The translations under genes were made by a program, and so were the position numbers. The notes under the pieces are model-generated. The model saw only the letters and a list, made by a program, of their open reading frames with translations. It was not told the DNA's origin and made no database searches. DNA of 39,785 nucleotides from Intestinibacter sp. (GTDB taxonomy: Bacteria > Bacillota > Clostridia > Peptostreptococcales > Peptostreptococcaceae): contig NZ_JBJDXL010000531.1 in the NCBI RefSeq assembly GCF_051866655.1, forward strand, positions 1-39,785, written 5' to 3'. Shown here piece by piece: positions 35,599 through 39,785 of the stretch (position 1 is its first letter; each line of letters begins with the position of its first letter).

Positions 35599-35858
35599 AA
35601 TTATACCCCCTAATAATAAAAATTATTAAATGTCTACATAATTAATTATAGCTGTAAAATTAAATTTTTGCACATAAATTTATTATTTAACGATATAGAT
35701 ATATGTATAAGCTTAAAAAACTTAATTAGTTTGAAAAAATATGTATAAATATGTAGATAATACGAAGAAATTGATAAAAAAATATCATGTTATATCATGA
35801 TGTTTTTATAGAAATTTTATGTAGATAAATAAAAGTCAGTAAATAAATAAACTAGTAA

Positions 35859-35910
35859 TTGACAAATAGAAAATAATGATTATAATTAATAGTTGAAAAA
35901 GGAAACTATT
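35859..35910 (+). promoter_or_regulatory. SigA promoter plus palindromic operator (probably MarR)
   Basis: TTGACA-N16-TATAAT, then AATAGTT-N9-AACTATT overlapping the predicted +1. Confidence 0.65.
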
Positions 35911-35962
35911 TTAATTAGAAATAATTAATAAAAGAAATATTAAACAAGTTAAATAAAAGGAG

Positions 35963-36433
35963 ATGAAAATTTTGAATGAAGGTAGAGAGCTCAGTAGAAG
36001 GTTTTTTGATGCTTTATTTAGATTAAAAAAACAAACTCATAGAAAGAGCGATGAGTTAAGAAGCTTAGAGTTACATACAGGAGAGTATGTAGCATTAAAG
36101 ACTATATATAGATTGAGAACAGTAGAAAATGAAGATTCTATAGGAGTAAAAACTTCTGACATAGGGAATTGTTTATTTATGAAAAAACCGGCGACATCAA
36201 AAATGTTGAATAGTTTAGAGGATAAAGGATATATAAATAGATTTTCAAATAGAAGAGACAGAAGAGTTACTTATATAGATTTAACAGCAAAAGGAATTGA
36301 TTTATTGGAAAAACATCACAAACAAATGACGGAATATGGAAATCAAATAATAGAAAAAATGGGTAAAGAAGATGTGGAGGAACTGATAAGATTGTTGAAT
36401 AAATTATCCGATATAATTGAGGAAGAAAAATAA
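35963..36433 (+). CDS. MarR family transcriptional regulator
   Basis: SKMLNSLEDKGYINR...DRRVTYIDLTAKG; true start may be TTG 35972. Confidence 0.92.
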   Translation: MKILNEGRELSRRFFDALFRLKKQTHRKSDELRSLELHTGEYVALKTIYRLRTVENEDSIGVKTSDIGNCLFMKKPATSKMLNSLEDKGYINRFSNRRDRRVTYIDLTAKGIDLLEKHHKQMTEYGNQIIEKMGKEDVEELIRLLNKLSDIIEEEK

Positions 36434-36505
36434 AATTAATATACAGGACATATTAAATTATTAAGATAAAATTTATTGAAAATTATTTTGAAGAAAGGAT
36501 ATATT

Positions 36506-38851
36506 ATGACAAAATTATTTAAGTATTTAAAGAAATCAGGAGTAGCGATTTTGACAATTTTAATATTATTGGCATTACAAGCTACTACAGAATTATCATT
36601 ACCTACATATACATCAAATATAGTAAATGTAGGGATACAACAATCTGGTATAGAAAATGCTGTTATAGATGTTATCAGAGAAAGCGAAATGGATAAGTTA
36701 ACTACTTTTATGGATGATAGTGACAAAGATAAGGTTTTAGACAGCTATAAATTAATCGATAAGGATAGCTTAAAAGATGACGAGTTCAATGATTATAAAG
36801 AAAAATATCCGGCTATAGAAGACGAAGCTTTATATGTATTGAACACGGAGGATAAAGATAGATTAGAAGAGCTTAATGAAATATTGGCAAAACCTATGCT
36901 AATAGTTTACAACATAGAAAATAGCTCAGATAACACTGAGCTTAAAGATGCCATGATGTCTCAAATGATGGGAAATCAACAGCAGGTACAAGCAAATAGT
37001 GCTCAGCCTCAAATAAATACAGGAGCTCAACAACAGGCTCAAGCAAATATGAATCCAATGGCACAATTTATGGATGAAGACGGCAACTTCGATGTATTTG
37101 CATATTTAAATGCAATACCAAAAGAATCTAAAGAGGAAATGCTATCTCAATTAGACGAAAAATTCGTAGATCTACCAGAAACTATGTTAGATCAAGGTGC
37201 AATATCCTTTGTAAAAGCAGAATACGAAGAAATCGGAATAGATGTAGATGCTCTTCAAATGAATTATATATTTGTAGCAGGGCTTAAGATGCTAGGGATA
37301 ACAGTAGTAAGTATGATATGTGCTATAAGCGTAGGATTTTTGGCATCTAGAGTCGGTGCAAGAGTAAGTAGAAGCTTGCGTGCTATGATATTTAAAAAGG
37401 TAATGAGCTTTTCTAAAAAGGAAATCAATGAATTTTCAACTGCATCACTTATAACTCGTAGCACGAACGATATACAACAAATACAACAGGTAATAATTAT
37501 GATGCTTAGAATGGTCTTTCTAGCGCCTTTCATGGCTGTAGGAGGGATTATAAAGGCATTAAATACAAATGTATCTATGAGCTGGATAATAGCTCTTGGA
37601 GTAATATGTGTTTTTATGATAGTTATAGTTATGTTTACTGTCGTAATGCCTAAATTTAAGATTTTACAAGATTTAGTAGATAGATTAAACCTAGTCACAA
37701 GAGAAATACTTACAGGTCTTGGAGTTATACGTGCTTTTAGCAATGAAAAATTTGAAGAAAATAGATTTGACAAGGCAAATAAAGATTTAACTAAGGTAAA
37801 TATGTTTGTAAATAGAATGATGTCATGTATGATGCCAGCTATGATGCTTATAATGAACTTGATTTCAGTATTGATAGTTTGGGTAGGATCTAAAAACGTA
37901 GACTTAGGTAATATGCAGGTTGGAGATATGATGGCATTTATCCAATATACTATGCAAATAGTAATGTCATTCTTGATGATATCAATGATAGCTGTCATGG
38001 TTCCAAGAGCAGCAGTATCTGCAAATCGTATAGATGAGGTTTTGACAACTGATATATCAATAAAAGAAGCAGACGAGGTTCAAACATTTGACGAAGATAA
38101 AAAAGGATTAGTTGAATTCAAAAATGTATCATTTAAATATCCTGATGCTGATGAAGAAATACTTCACGATATTTCATTTACTGCAAAACCAGGTCAAACA
38201 ACTGCATTCATAGGAAGTACAGGAAGTGGTAAATCTACACTTATAAATCTAATACCTAGATTTTACGATGTAACAGAAGGTCAAATTTTAGTAGATGGAG
38301 TAGATGTAAAGAAGGCTCCAATACATGATTTAAGAGATAGAATTGGATATGTTCCTCAAAAAGGAATACTATTTAGCGGAACTATAGAATCTAATATAAA
38401 ATACGGAAATAAAGATGCAAGCCAAGAATTAGTAGAAACCTCTGCAAGAGTTGCTCAAGCCACAGAATTTATAGATACTAAAGAAGATAGATATCAAACA
38501 CCTATATCACAAGGTGGTACAAACGTATCAGGTGGTCAAAAACAAAGATTGTCTATAGCAAGAGCAATTGCTAAAGAGCCAGAAATATATATATTTGACG
38601 ACAGTTTCTCTGCACTTGACTTCAAGACAGATGCGAATCTTCGTAAAGCTTTGAAACAAGAAACAGGAGATGCGACTGTTTTAATAGTAGCTCAAAGAAT
38701 AAGTACTATACTTCATGCAGAACAAATTGTAGTTCTAGATGAAGGTAAGGTTGTCGGAATAGGAAATCATCAAGAGCTTCTAAAAAATTGTGAAGTGTAT
38801 AAAGAAATTGCTTTATCACAGCTTTCAAAGGAGGAACTAGAAAATGAGTAA
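36506..38851 (+). CDS. Heterodimeric multidrug-type ABC exporter, subunit 1 (degenerate NBD)
   Basis: SLITRSTND, Walker A GSTGSGKS, signature VSGGQKQR, Walker B YIFDDS, AQR; start moved to ATG 36506. Confidence 0.93.
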   Translation: MTKLFKYLKKSGVAILTILILLALQATTELSLPTYTSNIVNVGIQQSGIENAVIDVIRESEMDKLTTFMDDSDKDKVLDSYKLIDKDSLKDDEFNDYKEKYPAIEDEALYVLNTEDKDRLEELNEILAKPMLIVYNIENSSDNTELKDAMMSQMMGNQQQVQANSAQPQINTGAQQQAQANMNPMAQFMDEDGNFDVFAYLNAIPKESKEEMLSQLDEKFVDLPETMLDQGAISFVKAEYEEIGIDVDALQMNYIFVAGLKMLGITVVSMICAISVGFLASRVGARVSRSLRAMIFKKVMSFSKKEINEFSTASLITRSTNDIQQIQQVIIMMLRMVFLAPFMAVGGIIKALNTNVSMSWIIALGVICVFMIVIVMFTVVMPKFKILQDLVDRLNLVTREILTGLGVIRAFSNEKFEENRFDKANKDLTKVNMFVNRMMSCMMPAMMLIMNLISVLIVWVGSKNVDLGNMQVGDMMAFIQYTMQIVMSFLMISMIAVMVPRAAVSANRIDEVLTTDISIKEADEVQTFDEDKKGLVEFKNVSFKYPDADEEILHDISFTAKPGQTTAFIGSTGSGKSTLINLIPRFYDVTEGQILVDGVDVKKAPIHDLRDRIGYVPQKGILFSGTIESNIKYGNKDASQELVETSARVAQATEFIDTKEDRYQTPISQGGTNVSGGQKQRLSIARAIAKEPEIYIFDDSFSALDFKTDANLRKALKQETGDATVLIVAQRISTILHAEQIVVLDEGKVVGIGNHQELLKNCEVYKEIALSQLSKEELENE

Positions 38852-39785
38852 TGAAAGAATGCCAAGACCTAGAAGAAGAGGCCATGGTCCTATGGGAAAA
38901 ATGATGCCTGGAGAAAAAGCAAAAGATTTCAAAGGCACTATGAAGAAATTAATGGCTTATCTAGGCAAATATATATATGCTATAATAGCAGTTTTTATAT
39001 TTGCTGTAGGAAGTGTTGCGTTTTCAGTAATAGGGCCTAAGGTTTTAGGAAAAGCCACAACAGAAATATTCAACGGGTTAGTTGGAAAGATCTCTGGTGG
39101 AGATGGAATAGATTTTGATAAGATAAAAATGATTTTACTATTTTTAGTTGCGCTATACGTTGTGAGTACTATATTGTCATTTATACAAGGCTTTATAATG
39201 AGTGGTATATCACAAAAGGTAGCTTATAACTTGAGGGATGAGCTTTGTAAAAAGATAAACAGACTTCCTATGGGTTATTTTGATAAAACTACTAATGGGG
39301 AAGTATTATCTAGATTTACAAATGATATAGATACCTTAGCACAAACCCTAAACCAAAGTTTAACTCAATTAGTAACGGCTGTGACTACTTTAGTTGGAGT
39401 TTTAGTTATGATGATTTCAATAAGTGGTTTAATGACATTTTCAGCGCTTGTTATAATACCTCTTGGAATGTTAGTTATTTCAAGAATAATAAAAAGATCA
39501 CAAAAATTCTTCAAGCAACAACAAGAATATCTAGGAAATGTAAATGGTCAGGTAGAAGAATTATATGGAGGTCATTTAGTTGTTCAAGCCTTCAACGGAG
39601 AAGAAGATGCCATTGAAAGATTCAACGAAACTAACGAAAAATTATATCAATCAGCTTGGAAATCTCAATTTTTATCAGGAATGATGCAACCACTTATGAA
39701 CTTTGTAGGTAATTTAGGATATGTTTTGATATCTATATTAGGGGGATTTTTAGTAATTAAAAACTCCATAGAAGTTGGAGATATA
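38844..39785 (+). CDS. Heterodimeric ABC exporter, subunit 2 (3' end outside the window)
   Basis: Not in the ORF track because it has no stop. ATG 38844 after AAGGAGG overlaps the previous stop; reads MSNERMPRPRRRGHGPMG...EKAKDFKGT, GPKVLG, GEVLSRFTNDID. Confidence 0.9.
   Translation, partial: MSNERMPRPRRRGHGPMGKMMPGEKAKDFKGTMKKLMAYLGKYIYAIIAVFIFAVGSVAFSVIGPKVLGKATTEIFNGLVGKISGGDGIDFDKIKMILLFLVALYVVSTILSFIQGFIMSGISQKVAYNLRDELCKKINRLPMGYFDKTTNGEVLSRFTNDIDTLAQTLNQSLTQLVTAVTTLVGVLVMMISISGLMTFSALVIIPLGMLVISRIIKRSQKFFKQQQEYLGNVNGQVEELYGGHLVVQAFNGEEDAIERFNETNEKLYQSAWKSQFLSGMMQPLMNFVGNLGYVLISILGGFLVIKNSIEVGDI

Noticed and set aside
11188-37998. Numerous antisense or out-of-frame ORFs in the track (e.g. 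18364-18969, 24486-24857, 28035-28238, 30671-31492, 37264-37998)
   Set aside because: They are shadows of strongly supported genes, with no motifs or RBS.
1-39785. CRISPR array, tRNA/rRNA, prophage, transposase or integrase
   Set aside because: No regularly spaced repeats, cloverleaf or rRNA signatures, or mobile-element ORFs were seen by eye.

Overview
AT-rich (roughly 30% GC by eye) chromosomal window from an anaerobic Firmicute; gene content and style suggest Peptostreptococcaceae (Intestinibacter/Terrisporobacter/Romboutsia-like). Gene order: CapA-family protein plus a CntK/DapF-fold racemase; pspA-ydjG-ydjI membrane-stress operon; nitroreductase; T-box (Val)-controlled ilvBN; PLP aminotransferase; trkAH; a poorly explained 3 kb block (palindromic element, replication-relaxation-like wHTH protein, candidate C-rich small RNA, membrane protein, PIN RNase); FMN riboswitch-ribDE(BA)H; metallophosphoesterase plus non-canonical DprA; an StnABC-type electron-bifurcating transhydrogenase; Mta/TipA-like MerR; CNNM/CorC protein; tandem threonine dehydratase paralogs; MarR plus a heterodimeric ABC exporter that runs off the window end. 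No rRNA, tRNA, CRISPR array or transposase seen. Best leads: (1) an unannotated ~120-nt sRNA with anti-SD loops behind four 11-bp-phased regulator boxes; (2) a duplicated dehydratase carrying the serine-racemase SSGN signature; (3) a valine-specialised AHAS; (4) a degenerate relaxase-fold protein with an amphipathic tail; (5) the phosphoesterase-DprA pair. All family calls come from motif recognition, with no database search.
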